This document shows, piece after piece, positions 9,093-18,132 of a stretch of 28,098 nucleotides of DNA. Made by a program: the position numbers and the translations under genes. Numbering within the stretch: the first letter of the stretch is position 1; each line of letters opens with the position of its first letter. Source of the stretch: a virus (taxonomy: Duplodnaviria; Caudoviricetes); the IMG/VR virus record IMGVR_UViG_3300043580_000055, positions 1 through 28,098 of that record; one strand, written 5' to 3'. The notes beneath the pieces are model-generated. The model was not told where the DNA came from, did not search any database, and worked only from the letters and a program-made list of their open reading frames with translations.

Positions 9093-10552
9093 GCTACGAC
9101 CCGTACTACACCGACGACTACTACGACCCGACCCAGGAGACGTCCGGCGAGCAGTACTTCACGCCCGAGCAACTGGCGATGATGCAGCAGTTGATGGGGG
9201 GCGGCGGCACGCTCGATCCCTACGCCGCGCTGACCGGCATGGCCGGGCTACCGCAACTCGACACCAAGGGCCGCGAGCAGCCCTACGACCTGGGCCTAGC
9301 GCAGCAGCGGTTGAACTTCGGCCAAGACCTCGGCTCGGTCGGGGTCAACAACATCCAGACCTACATGGGTGGACCCGGCGCCTACGCCCCCGGCGCGCTC
9401 GACCCGACGTTCAACGACAAGCCGTTGCAGTTGACCCAAGGCCCGATGTTGAACTACCTGGCGTCGACCGGTGGTATCCAGGGCACGCTCGCTGATCTGA
9501 TCCTGGGTGGCATGAACCCGATCCAGGCAGCAGCGCGTGTGCGTTCGATGATCGAGCGCCCCGGCGACTACGAGTTGGACGAGACCGAAGCGGCAGCGCT
9601 GATGAGCGAGCTACCGCAAACGCAGGGTCAGTTCGCCGGGGCCAAGGCCGAGCCCGACTGGCAGTCGCTGAACCGGATGGCCGACGAGATGGCCAAGCCG
9701 TACCTGTCGGAGCAGGCGCTGATGCAGCAGCCCGACGTCGTGCAGTTGCCCGATGGCCGTTGGGTCCAGCGCACGCAGGTCGACTCGCCGCAGATGGAGT
9801 TCTTGAAGAAGATGGGACTGCCCGATCCGCGGGCCAAGTACGACCTGCAGTTCGCGCTGCAGAACGACCCGACGTTGGGCACGCTGCTGCAGCGATCGGC
9901 GTCGACCCAGGACGACATCGAGATGATGCGCGGCGAGTTCAAGGATCGCTTGAAGCGCATCCAGAAGCGCCGCGACCAGGGCGACAGCGACGCCCAGCAG
10001 ATGGAGAAGTACAAGTCGGCGACGCAGCAGGCGATGTCGGAGTTCTTCGGCCAGACCGGTCGTCGTCGCGAGGCGCCGGAGTGGGCAGGCGAACAAGCTG
10101 AGACGATCCCGTCCGAATATCCCAGCGGCAACTTCGGTGCCGGGTTCGGGATGCCGATGCGTCGTGCTGAGGCAGGCGTGGCGACGCCGCAGGCGCCGAT
10201 CACTCAGGGTTGGAAGTCGCGTCCCGAGCGGGCTGCGCCGCCGGAACTGAACCTGCCTGGCAGGCCGAGCACCGGCGTCCAGTACTCGATGATGGAGTCG
10301 CTGTTGGGCAAGCCGGTGCGCGATCAGCTACAGCGCGTTGCCGATGAAGCGGTGCCGTTGTCGGTGCAGCGGATGGGCAACGTTCGCAAGCGAATGGGGA
10401 TGGAGAAGCAGGGCACCCAGGCGGCGTGGGAGTACGCGATGCGCCTGGCGCCGATCCTCAACGCCGGACGACGCGGCCAGACCCCGGCCAGTGACGTCAT
10501 TCAGCAACGCCTCGCCCCGCTCTATGCCATGGGTGCGCTAGGACAGCGGTAA
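9089..10552 (+). CDS. Putative internal virion/ejection protein
   Basis: ATG at 9089 overlaps the upstream stop (ATGA); 487 aa, genome-typical codons, lies between other putative internal proteins. Confidence 0.55.
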   Translation: MSYDPYYTDDYYDPTQETSGEQYFTPEQLAMMQQLMGGGGTLDPYAALTGMAGLPQLDTKGREQPYDLGLAQQRLNFGQDLGSVGVNNIQTYMGGPGAYAPGALDPTFNDKPLQLTQGPMLNYLASTGGIQGTLADLILGGMNPIQAAARVRSMIERPGDYELDETEAAALMSELPQTQGQFAGAKAEPDWQSLNRMADEMAKPYLSEQALMQQPDVVQLPDGRWVQRTQVDSPQMEFLKKMGLPDPRAKYDLQFALQNDPTLGTLLQRSASTQDDIEMMRGEFKDRLKRIQKRRDQGDSDAQQMEKYKSATQQAMSEFFGQTGRRREAPEWAGEQAETIPSEYPSGNFGAGFGMPMRRAEAGVATPQAPITQGWKSRPERAAPPELNLPGRPSTGVQYSMMESLLGKPVRDQLQRVADEAVPLSVQRMGNVRKRMGMEKQGTQAAWEYAMRLAPILNAGRRGQTPASDVIQQRLAPLYAMGALGQR

Positions 10553-10554
10553 CC

Positions 10555-13500
10555 GTGGCGAATCCTCTCGCCGCCATCAACCAAAGCCGCTATGGCGTCC
10601 CACCCGCGCCGCGGCGCGGCGTGACATTCATGCCGCCGGTGATGATGGCACCCCCGCGTGCCGCGCCCGCTGCGGCACGCGGGCGGGTCGCCCCCAACGC
10701 CTCGTTGGCGGATCGGATTCGGGCCCACCCGGAAGCGTTCGATCGTTGGGCCGAAGAAGGCGGCGGTGCCTCACCCGAGGGCGGCGGGCAGGGGGCGCTG
10801 GGTTGGATCGTCGGCAAGGCTGGCCAGGCCGGGTCGGGGGCGTTGACAGCGCTTGACATGGGACGTCGGCTGGCGGTGCTCGGCACTGAGAAGATCGCCA
10901 CCGATCTGCCTGATCCGTTCGAGGCGCTGTTCATGCCCGCCGCGCTCGTCGACGAGGCGCGAGCCAAGGCCGACGAGCGGACGTGGAAGGAGAAGCTGAA
11001 AGACGACCGCTACGGCTTCGGCCAGATCGCCAAGCAGATCGACACCGACAAGGACTGGTTCGACTGGATCGCCAACCGTGGCGTCGGCCTCGCCGGTGAC
11101 ATCGTGCTCGACCCGTTGACCTACGCCACGCTCGGCGTCGGCGGCGTGGCGGGCAAGGCCGGACGGGCGACGTCGTTGGCGAAGCTGCTCGAAGAACAGG
11201 TGATGTTGGAGAAGGGGCTGGCATCGGGCGCCTTGTTCGGAGCCGAGGCCGAGCAGAAGCTGGCGCAGTTGGGCGGTCGCGAAGCGATCGAACGTATCGG
11301 TCGCAAGGGATTGAACGTTGCCAACCCGACGCAGGCGGCGGCGATGGGATTGAAGCGTCCCGGCCTGCGCTTCGCCGGAGCCCGCGTGCCGCTCACCGGT
11401 GGTGCCTCGCGTGTTGGTGGTGAGGTCGTCGGCGTCGGCAAGGAAGCGCTCGCTCGCGCGCCGGGGATGGCAGCGTTGCGTGGTGCCGTGACCCGCAAGG
11501 GCTACCTCGGCCAAGACCTGCTGCCCGCCTACGAACGACTCGTCACCGGCAAGGGCCCGGAGTCGATCGAGACCGCGGTGCGTTCGATCCAGAGCAACGA
11601 GATGATGCGCAAGGCGGGCGGCGTCTTCGAGGGTCTCGCCAATCGTGAACTGCGTGTGCTGCGCGACCGGGTCAAGGACATCCCGTCGTCGGAGCGCAGC
11701 CAGATGATCCGTCGTGCCGAGATGGGCTTGGAGGTCAACCCGTTCACGGAGTACGCCGAGCGCGTGCGTGCCGCCGCCCGCGAGGTCGGTGTCGAACTGC
11801 CCGAGTTGACGCCGATCACGCGCATGGTCGATGGCCGTGTCACCACGTCGCAGTACGCGATGCCGCACTCGATCAGCCGCGACTTCCGTGCCTGGCTGCA
11901 GAGCGCGATCGCCGGACGTGACCCGCGGGTCACCGACTTCAAGCGCCAGGCCGGGATCACCACCGATGACCTGCTCGAAGAAGGCGGCTTCCTGCAGCGT
12001 CGGTCGTTCCGCCCGAAGCCGGACGGCACCCCCAACGAGTTCAAGATCGGTGACGACGTGCTGCGCGTCGAGGAAGGCACCGTCGACGAACTGAACTCGA
12101 AGCTGGGGGCGATGTTCCCCGACTTCAAGGGCAAGATTTACGAGACCGACCCGTTCGAGGCATGGCGGCGCTACATCAACACCACCAAGCGCGACGTGGC
12201 GTTGCGCTCGTGGGGCCGCGAAGGCGCGCAGCGTGGCTTCGGTGGGCTGGCGATCGACCCTGGCGCACCGGAGCCCTACGACCCGTTGGGTGGTCGCGCC
12301 GAGATAGGACCGCCGCGCCCGGCGACCCCGTCGACCGGGACGATCGCTCCGCCACGCCCAGGCGAAGTGCGCGACCCGCTGGCACCCAACGTCAAGATCA
12401 CCCCCGGCACGCCGCCGCAGCCGGTCACGCGTGTGATCCCCAACCCGGAGCCGGTGCCGCCGTCCGAGTTCTACAAGTACGTCCCCGACGTCAACAGGAA
12501 GGGCGAGTTCGGGGAACTGACCCAGGCCCGCAACACCGGCATCGTCGAGAGCCAGAGCGCGCTCGCCGCCGACCTGGCCGACACCAGCCTGTCGACGCGC
12601 CAGGAGATTGCACGCGGGATCGACGACACCGCCGAGGAACTGATCACGCCGATCCGTGAAGCGCGCAGCGAAGCGGTCGAGCAGGGGCTGCAAGCCAAGT
12701 CGGCGGCAGCCACCGCGATCGACGAGTACCAGGCGCTCGCCGGTCACCGCGACGAACTGCTGACCCAGATGGAAGACATCCAGCGTCAGCTACGCAACGA
12801 GCGCGAGAAGATGAACCGCATCCAGCGCTCCGCTGATCGCCGCACCCGGCAACGTCAGAAGCAGCGCCTCGATGACCTCGTCGCCGATGCCGATCGGTTG
12901 AGCGAACGACTCGACAAGATGCACGCCCAGCTACAGGAGAAGCTGGACAACATCGGGCGTTCGTTCGAGCCCGGCTCGCCGGAGCGGGAAGTGATCGCCG
13001 ACATTCCGCGTGAGCGCGTCGAGCAGTACAGCCACGAACTGGAAGCCGCCCACCGCGACACCCGCCATCAACTGCAACTGGCGCGTGCCGCCGAGCGGGA
13101 ACGGATCGGCAAGCGCTGGGCCGGTGATGCCAAGGTCGAGCAGGCGCGCCAGACGCTGCGTGCCAACAGCGAGAAGGTGCAGTCGCGGATGCGCGGCGAG
13201 ATGTCGCAGGCCGAGTCATTGGCGAAGCGGCGCACGATCTACGAGCAGCAGGCAGAAGCACTCGAAGAAGAATCGGAACGGCTCGGCTTCCAACTGCAGC
13301 GTGACCTCGATTCCAACATGCTCACCAACCCGCGCCAGATCGCCGCCCGCCGTGCCGAAATCAAGCGCGTCGACGACGGTGCCAAACGCTTCCGCGAACA
13401 GGCCGAGAAGGTCGGCCAGCAGCACGGCCGGGCAATCGAGCGCGAAGCCAAGGACCCGGTCCAGCGGGCGTTGGAGACGTTGGCTCGGCGCCAGCGTGAC

Positions 13501-16104
13501 GAGGAACAGATCGCGCGTGTCACCGCCTCGCAGCGCGAAGCCGCCGAGCGCGCTTTCCGTGACCTCGAAGACTGGAAGCTGGCGTTGAAGGATCGTGGCT
13601 GGGTCAAACAGCCTGACGGAACGTGGCGCCAGTGGGGCGACAAGGCCGCTGCTGCTGCCGCCGGTGCTGGACTGGACCCGGCTGACACCAAAGCGCTCAA
13701 CGCTGCCCAGCGGGTTCTGGGGCGGCGCGACAGCAAGACCTACCTGTTCAACCGGACGCGGCTGCGGACGTTGGAAGACGCGATCGCCAAGACCGCCCCG
13801 GCTGAGGGGGCTGCCCGGCGCACGTCGGCGCAGGCAGCAGCCAAGCGTGGGTTCGAGGCCGAGGCAAAGACGATCCGCAAGTGGCTGGCCGACCACGCCG
13901 ACGTCGTGCGTCAAGTCGATGAGGCGGAACGCACGGTCGCCGAACTGGAAGCGAAGCGTGCCGACATCATCGCCAAGGCGGCACCGACCGCACCGGCCGA
14001 ACATCCGCGTTACACCGCGATCGAGCAAGAGGTCGCAGCCCGCGAAGCCGAGTTCGCCGACACCGAGGCACGCGCCGCAGCCGAAGTTGCGTTGCGGCGC
14101 CCGGCGATGCAGCAGACCGCAGCCGAGTTGGCTGAGGCGCAGGGGACGCTGACCGGTCGCGTCCCGCCCGCGCCGCCGACGATCGGAACGCCCCCGCAGC
14201 GGGTGTCGCGCGTCGAACAGGAGATGGCCGGGATCACGATCGAAGAAGGTCGCCGGGGGATGGAAGAAGCCGCCGACGTTGCCACCCGGCAGGCACCGCT
14301 GCAGGCCAAGCGTGAAGCGCAACGGGCCTACATCGACGAGGTTGACCAGGCGATCGGTCACGTCCGCACCGATTACCTGGCGGCGATCAAGGATCAGGAA
14401 GCGGCACGCGCCCGCCACGCCCAGATCAGTCGTCGCGTCGAAGGTCTACTGACGCCGCCCACGGCGTGGGGGATGGTGACCCAGACCAAGAAGGAAGCGA
14501 AGTCGGCGGCGACCCGGCTGACCGCTGCCAAGGCGGGAGCGATCCCGTCCTACGAGGCGCAGCCGATGCACCGCGTGATCGAAGACCTGAACAAGATCGT
14601 GCGTGCCAACCCGCTCGGTGACCAGCCCGAGATGAAGCGCATCGAAGCGGTGCTGCACAGCTACGAGGGCACCCTCGCCGACCTCACCAACGACGTCGAC
14701 ATCCCGCTGATGGAAGTCAACAAGATGTTGAAGGCAGCCAACAAGGGCGACTTGAAGCCGGTGTTGGTGCCGATGCTCAACGATGCCTACGAGATGCTGT
14801 GGGACGGCGGCGACGTGATCATCTCCAAGGAGTTGAAGAAGTCGTACCTGGCGCTGCGGCGTGGTCTGGAAGACAAGCGCTTCGGTCGGCTGATGACGCT
14901 GTACACCAACTTCTTCAAGACCTACGCCACGCTCTCACCCGGCTTCCATGTCCGCAACGCACTGTCGGCGATCTTCATGAACTTCACCGAAGGCGTGACC
15001 TCCGGCGAGCAGATGCGGTCGCTGCGGCTGTGGCGTGAGTTCGCCACCACCGACGAGCCGATCGAATGGCTGCGCCGCCAGGACACCGAAGTCCAAGACG
15101 CCTTCAAGGCGGTGCTGGCGTCGGGCTCGGGCGGTCAGTTCTTCGAGGCGGGCGTCGGCGAACTGTCGACCGGAATGACCCGCGCCAAGGAAGGGTTGTT
15201 CGCCAACCGCGCCACCAAGCGCAGCCAGAGCTTCGGTCAGGATTGGGTGGAAGGCCCGCAGCGCCTGGCGCTGGCGTTGAACACGACGGTGCCGGGCGGC
15301 TCGACCAACGATGCGCTGCAGCGGATCACGCGCGTCCACTTCGACTACAGCCAGGTCTCCGAGTTCGACGAGAAGGCCAAGCGTTACATCCCGTTCTGGA
15401 CGTTCACGTCGCGCAACATGCCGCTGCAGTTCACGCAGATGTGGACGCGGCCCAAGATTTACAACCGCTACGCCAGCTTCGTGCGCAACTTCTCGGTGCC
15501 CAACCCCGAGTTCCTACCCGAGTACATCGAGGAAGGCGGCGGCTTCAACACCGGACTGACAACGCCGGACTGGCTGCCCGGTGCCGCCGGTGGGATGCCC
15601 GTCGTGATGCAACCCGACCTGCCACACCTGCGGTTGCAGCAGGACATCTCGCGCCTCGCCGGTCCGTTGACGGGCGAGTCGCCGGGCCAGGTGCTGAGTG
15701 AGTTCAACCCGATCCTGACCGCCCCCTTGGAGTACATGGCCGGACAGGATTTCTTCACCGGCCAGCGGTACGGGCCCGAAGACGTGTCACCGGCAGGAGC
15801 GTTGACGCCGATCGCTCCCCTGTTGGCGGCATTCGGCGCCGCCGAGCACGGGCCGAACGGTTGGTTCATTGACGACAAGGCGATGAACGCACTGACCGCC
15901 ACGATCCCGCCGTTGAGCCGACTCGATCGGTTGGTGCCAGGCACCACTGGCGGCACCGGCGACGACCGCCTCGCCGAATCGTGGCTACGGTTCCTGGGCG
16001 CGCCGGTGCGCACGATCAGCGACAAGCAGATGCAGTCAGAAGCGATGAACCGATACTTCGAGCAACGCGATCAGGCACGGCGACGTGCCGCAGTTGGAGG
16101 CTGA
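10555..16104 (+). CDS. Large internal virion / DNA-ejection protein, C-terminus resembling LPD38-type domains
   Basis: 1849 aa, last structural gene. N-terminal GLAGDIVLDPLTY motif, central coiled coil, C-terminal SPGFHVRNA, PFWTFTSRN and NPILTAPLEYMAGQDFFTG motifs seen in large podovirus internal proteins. Confidence 0.65.
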   Translation: MANPLAAINQSRYGVPPAPRRGVTFMPPVMMAPPRAAPAAARGRVAPNASLADRIRAHPEAFDRWAEEGGGASPEGGGQGALGWIVGKAGQAGSGALTALDMGRRLAVLGTEKIATDLPDPFEALFMPAALVDEARAKADERTWKEKLKDDRYGFGQIAKQIDTDKDWFDWIANRGVGLAGDIVLDPLTYATLGVGGVAGKAGRATSLAKLLEEQVMLEKGLASGALFGAEAEQKLAQLGGREAIERIGRKGLNVANPTQAAAMGLKRPGLRFAGARVPLTGGASRVGGEVVGVGKEALARAPGMAALRGAVTRKGYLGQDLLPAYERLVTGKGPESIETAVRSIQSNEMMRKAGGVFEGLANRELRVLRDRVKDIPSSERSQMIRRAEMGLEVNPFTEYAERVRAAAREVGVELPELTPITRMVDGRVTTSQYAMPHSISRDFRAWLQSAIAGRDPRVTDFKRQAGITTDDLLEEGGFLQRRSFRPKPDGTPNEFKIGDDVLRVEEGTVDELNSKLGAMFPDFKGKIYETDPFEAWRRYINTTKRDVALRSWGREGAQRGFGGLAIDPGAPEPYDPLGGRAEIGPPRPATPSTGTIAPPRPGEVRDPLAPNVKITPGTPPQPVTRVIPNPEPVPPSEFYKYVPDVNRKGEFGELTQARNTGIVESQSALAADLADTSLSTRQEIARGIDDTAEELITPIREARSEAVEQGLQAKSAAATAIDEYQALAGHRDELLTQMEDIQRQLRNEREKMNRIQRSADRRTRQRQKQRLDDLVADADRLSERLDKMHAQLQEKLDNIGRSFEPGSPEREVIADIPRERVEQYSHELEAAHRDTRHQLQLARAAERERIGKRWAGDAKVEQARQTLRANSEKVQSRMRGEMSQAESLAKRRTIYEQQAEALEEESERLGFQLQRDLDSNMLTNPRQIAARRAEIKRVDDGAKRFREQAEKVGQQHGRAIEREAKDPVQRALETLARRQRDEEQIARVTASQREAAERAFRDLEDWKLALKDRGWVKQPDGTWRQWGDKAAAAAAGAGLDPADTKALNAAQRVLGRRDSKTYLFNRTRLRTLEDAIAKTAPAEGAARRTSAQAAAKRGFEAEAKTIRKWLADHADVVRQVDEAERTVAELEAKRADIIAKAAPTAPAEHPRYTAIEQEVAAREAEFADTEARAAAEVALRRPAMQQTAAELAEAQGTLTGRVPPAPPTIGTPPQRVSRVEQEMAGITIEEGRRGMEEAADVATRQAPLQAKREAQRAYIDEVDQAIGHVRTDYLAAIKDQEAARARHAQISRRVEGLLTPPTAWGMVTQTKKEAKSAATRLTAAKAGAIPSYEAQPMHRVIEDLNKIVRANPLGDQPEMKRIEAVLHSYEGTLADLTNDVDIPLMEVNKMLKAANKGDLKPVLVPMLNDAYEMLWDGGDVIISKELKKSYLALRRGLEDKRFGRLMTLYTNFFKTYATLSPGFHVRNALSAIFMNFTEGVTSGEQMRSLRLWREFATTDEPIEWLRRQDTEVQDAFKAVLASGSGGQFFEAGVGELSTGMTRAKEGLFANRATKRSQSFGQDWVEGPQRLALALNTTVPGGSTNDALQRITRVHFDYSQVSEFDEKAKRYIPFWTFTSRNMPLQFTQMWTRPKIYNRYASFVRNFSVPNPEFLPEYIEEGGGFNTGLTTPDWLPGAAGGMPVVMQPDLPHLRLQQDISRLAGPLTGESPGQVLSEFNPILTAPLEYMAGQDFFTGQRYGPEDVSPAGALTPIAPLLAAFGAAEHGPNGWFIDDKAMNALTATIPPLSRLDRLVPGTTGGTGDDRLAESWLRFLGAPVRTISDKQMQSEAMNRYFEQRDQARRRAAVGG

Positions 16105-16106
16105 GA

Positions 16107-16202
16107 ATGAGTTGCACAAGCCATCTGTTTCTCGGTGATCAGACCGACAACATGCAAGACATGCTGAGCAAGGGAAGGGGTGGTCACGTTGCCCGTTCAT
16201 AA
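16107..16202 (+). pseudogene. Internally deleted HNH endonuclease remnant (31-aa minigene)
   Basis: MSCTSHLFLGDQTDNMQDMLSKGRGGHVARS aligns with HLFLGTAADNSADMVAKGR of the HNH at 16595. Keeps a GGAGG RBS and ATG but lacks the catalytic His segment. Confidence 0.7.
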
Positions 16203-16317
16203 GATATCCGGCGGCTACAAGTTCGGATCGAAAGGCAAGACCTACAAGACCAAGGCGAAGGCGGCACGCCAGGGTCGAGCGATCAAGGCCAGTCAGGCAC
16301 GGCGAGGTAAGAAGTGA
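16189..16317 (+). CDS. Small basic phage protein (42 aa; not in the ORF track)
   Basis: TTG start after GGAAGGGG; MPVHKISGGYKFGSKGKTYKTKAKAARQGRAIKASQARRGKK; genome-typical codons; GTGA overlap with the next gene. Confidence 0.75.
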   Translation: MPVHKISGGYKFGSKGKTYKTKAKAARQGRAIKASQARRGKK

Positions 16318-16583
16318 GCTTCGACCGGTTCGATTGGGAGCCGGAAGACAGTTTCGACGCGGGGGATCGTGCCGAAGACATGGCACGGAACTTGGTCATG
16401 CGGCTCGATGCGCTTGACGCTTCCCGTGGCATCCGTCCGATCGACGATCTGATCGCCAGCATCGAACAGCGAGCCAGCGCTTACCAGCGCATCCGTGAGC
16501 AACTCGATGAACGCCAGCAGCTACGACTCGATCAACTTCGTGAGGATTTGCCGACGCTCAGAGAGCGGTCGCGACATGAGTAG
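16314..16583 (+). CDS. Hypothetical helical protein
   Basis: 89 aa, GTG start with GAGGT RBS, coupled to the upstream stop. Confidence 0.65.
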   Translation: MSFDRFDWEPEDSFDAGDRAEDMARNLVMRLDALDASRGIRPIDDLIASIEQRASAYQRIREQLDERQQLRLDQLREDLPTLRERSRHE

Positions 16584-16594
16584 CATGGTGCGTT

Positions 16595-17008
16595 ATGGTC
16601 ACCACACCGTGCATCGAGTGGACCGGAGCGCGAGTCGCCAGCGGCTACGGCCATCGCTATATCAAGGGCACCGGGCGGGCGAATGCGCGTTACGAGTACG
16701 TCCACCGAGCAGCATGGGAGGAAGCCAACGGGCCCATCCCAGATGGCGTGTTCGTATTGCATCGTTGCGACAACCCTGCCTGCTATCGACTCGATCATTT
16801 ATTTCTGGGGACCGCCGCCGACAACTCGGCCGACATGGTTGCCAAGGGTCGACATCGTGGGAACCACGGTCACCGCAAGACGCATTGCAAACACGGCCAT
16901 GAGTTCACACCCGAGAACACCAGGATCAGATCAGATGGATCACAGGTCTGCCGTACCTGCCATCGCGAGCGAGAGAGAGAGGCACGCCGTTGGGCACTAA
17001 GTACCTGA
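16595..17008 (+). CDS. HNH homing endonuclease with C-terminal Zn-finger
   Basis: CIEWTG...GYG...VHRAAWEEANGPIPDG.FVLHRCDNPAC...HLFLGT..DN (HNH_3-type) plus KTHCKHGHEFTPENT...CRTC. Codons less GC3-biased than neighbours. Confidence 0.9.
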   Translation: MVTTPCIEWTGARVASGYGHRYIKGTGRANARYEYVHRAAWEEANGPIPDGVFVLHRCDNPACYRLDHLFLGTAADNSADMVAKGRHRGNHGHRKTHCKHGHEFTPENTRIRSDGSQVCRTCHREREREARRWALST

Positions 17009-17919
17009 CACAGCTTGCTGACTGGTGCCGCGCTGAGGGACTCAGAGTGGTCGAGATGGACGGTTGGCAGCATCGAGCCAGATCATCAGGTGGGTATGAG
17101 CCGGACCGCCCTTTCTGTGTGATGTGGCATCACACCGCGTCCAAAGCCACTCCGGCCAACGACGCCAACTACATCTGTCACAACTCCCCAGACGCACCGA
17201 TCAGCAACCTACTCCTGACGCGTGAGGGCGAAGTGTGGGTCTGTGCGGGCGGGGCGACGAACACCAACGGCAAAGGCGGGCCGGTCGGGTTCAGCAAAGG
17301 CAACGTCCCCAAGGATTCGATGAACACCTACGCGGTGTCGATCGAGGCTGCCAACAACGGCGTCGGCGAGCCGTGGCCGCAAGCACAGATCGACGCCTAC
17401 TTCCTGCTCTCGAACATGCTCTGTCGTCGGCTCGGGCTGAATCCCACCGATGTGTGTATGCACCAGTACTACGCACCGGATCGTAAGATCGACCCCGCCA
17501 CGGCCTCTGCCGTCCAGGGGCCGTGGCGACCAACCTCTGTCACGTCGAGCGGCACCTGGTCGCAGGACGACGTCGAGGGTGAAGCCGCCAGTCGCGCCGG
17601 AGCCGAACCACCACTGCCTGGCCCGGACCCTGGCCCCGAACCAACCCCGCCGCCGCAGCCGCAACCGGGCGAACCGGCACCACCGATAGGAGAGGATGAC
17701 AAGAGCATGGTCGTAGCACTCGATGAGAACGGCACCGCCTGGATCGGTGACGGGATGACCCGCTACACGCCGAGCGAGGATGACTTCAACGTCAAGGTGT
17801 TGCTCGCCAAGGATGATTGCTTCCGGTTCGTCAACACCGAAGGGCAGCGCGTCAACGGATGGGGCGATGTGCGAGACGTTGGTGCCAACGTGATCGAAGC
17901 GCTGGGCATTCGGATTTGA
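16990..17919 (+). CDS. Endolysin, N-acetylmuramoyl-L-alanine amidase (Amidase_2-type)
   Basis: WHHTAS, SIEAANNG and H.YYAPDRKIDP motifs; Pro-rich linker; 70-aa C-terminal domain. TTG start after GAGAGG. Confidence 0.9.
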   Translation: MGTKYLTQLADWCRAEGLRVVEMDGWQHRARSSGGYEPDRPFCVMWHHTASKATPANDANYICHNSPDAPISNLLLTREGEVWVCAGGATNTNGKGGPVGFSKGNVPKDSMNTYAVSIEAANNGVGEPWPQAQIDAYFLLSNMLCRRLGLNPTDVCMHQYYAPDRKIDPATASAVQGPWRPTSVTSSGTWSQDDVEGEAASRAGAEPPLPGPDPGPEPTPPPQPQPGEPAPPIGEDDKSMVVALDENGTAWIGDGMTRYTPSEDDFNVKVLLAKDDCFRFVNTEGQRVNGWGDVRDVGANVIEALGIRI

Positions 17920-17922
17920 TGA

Positions 17923-18102
17923 GTGCGCGATGTTCAGTGGGACGCGGTCACTCTCGCTGGCACATTCGCGCTCGGGTTGGTGTTGGGAGCGGTGGCGACG
18001 TTGCGGCTCGCCCGCGCCGTGCTCGCCACGTTTGAGCGTCCGCGCCTGCGCCGGGACGCGAAAGAGGCCCCGCCATCCGAAGATGACGGGGCCTCTCGGT
18101 GA
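17923..18102 (+). CDS. Small single-pass membrane protein, holin candidate (59 aa; not in the ORF track)
   Basis: GTG 3 nt after the lysin stop; MRDVQWDAVTLAGTFALGLVLGAVATLRLARAVLATFERPRLRRDAKEAPPSEDDGASR has one hydrophobic helix and a charged tail. Confidence 0.6.
   Translation: MRDVQWDAVTLAGTFALGLVLGAVATLRLARAVLATFERPRLRRDAKEAPPSEDDGASR
18063..18096 (-). terminator. Intrinsic terminator for the - arm (possibly bidirectional)
   Basis: On - strand AGAGGCCCCGTCATC-TTCG-GATGGCGGGGCCTCT followed by TT: C(UUCG)G tetraloop, a U-G pair valid only on -, at the convergence of both arms. Confidence 0.8.
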
Positions 18103-18104
18103 AG

Positions 18105-18125
18105 TCCACTCACCAGGTGAGTGGA
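18105..18125. promoter_or_regulatory. Palindrome copy 2 (TCCACTCACC-A-GGTGAGTGGA)
   Basis: Perfect 10-bp inverted repeat filling most of the 30-bp gap between the convergent arms. Confidence 0.65.
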
Positions 18126-18132
18126 ACGCTAC

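Noticed and set aside
696-14418. Long antisense ORFs (696-1829, 2445-3896, 5088-6140, 10771-12747, 13216-14418)
   Set aside because: Shadow frames of high-GC3 genes on +; no RBS or recognisable motifs.
16576-17010. Group I intron around the HNH, splitting the lysin
   Set aside because: The lysin appears complete from TTG 16990, there is no room for an intron core, and no upstream exon is evident.
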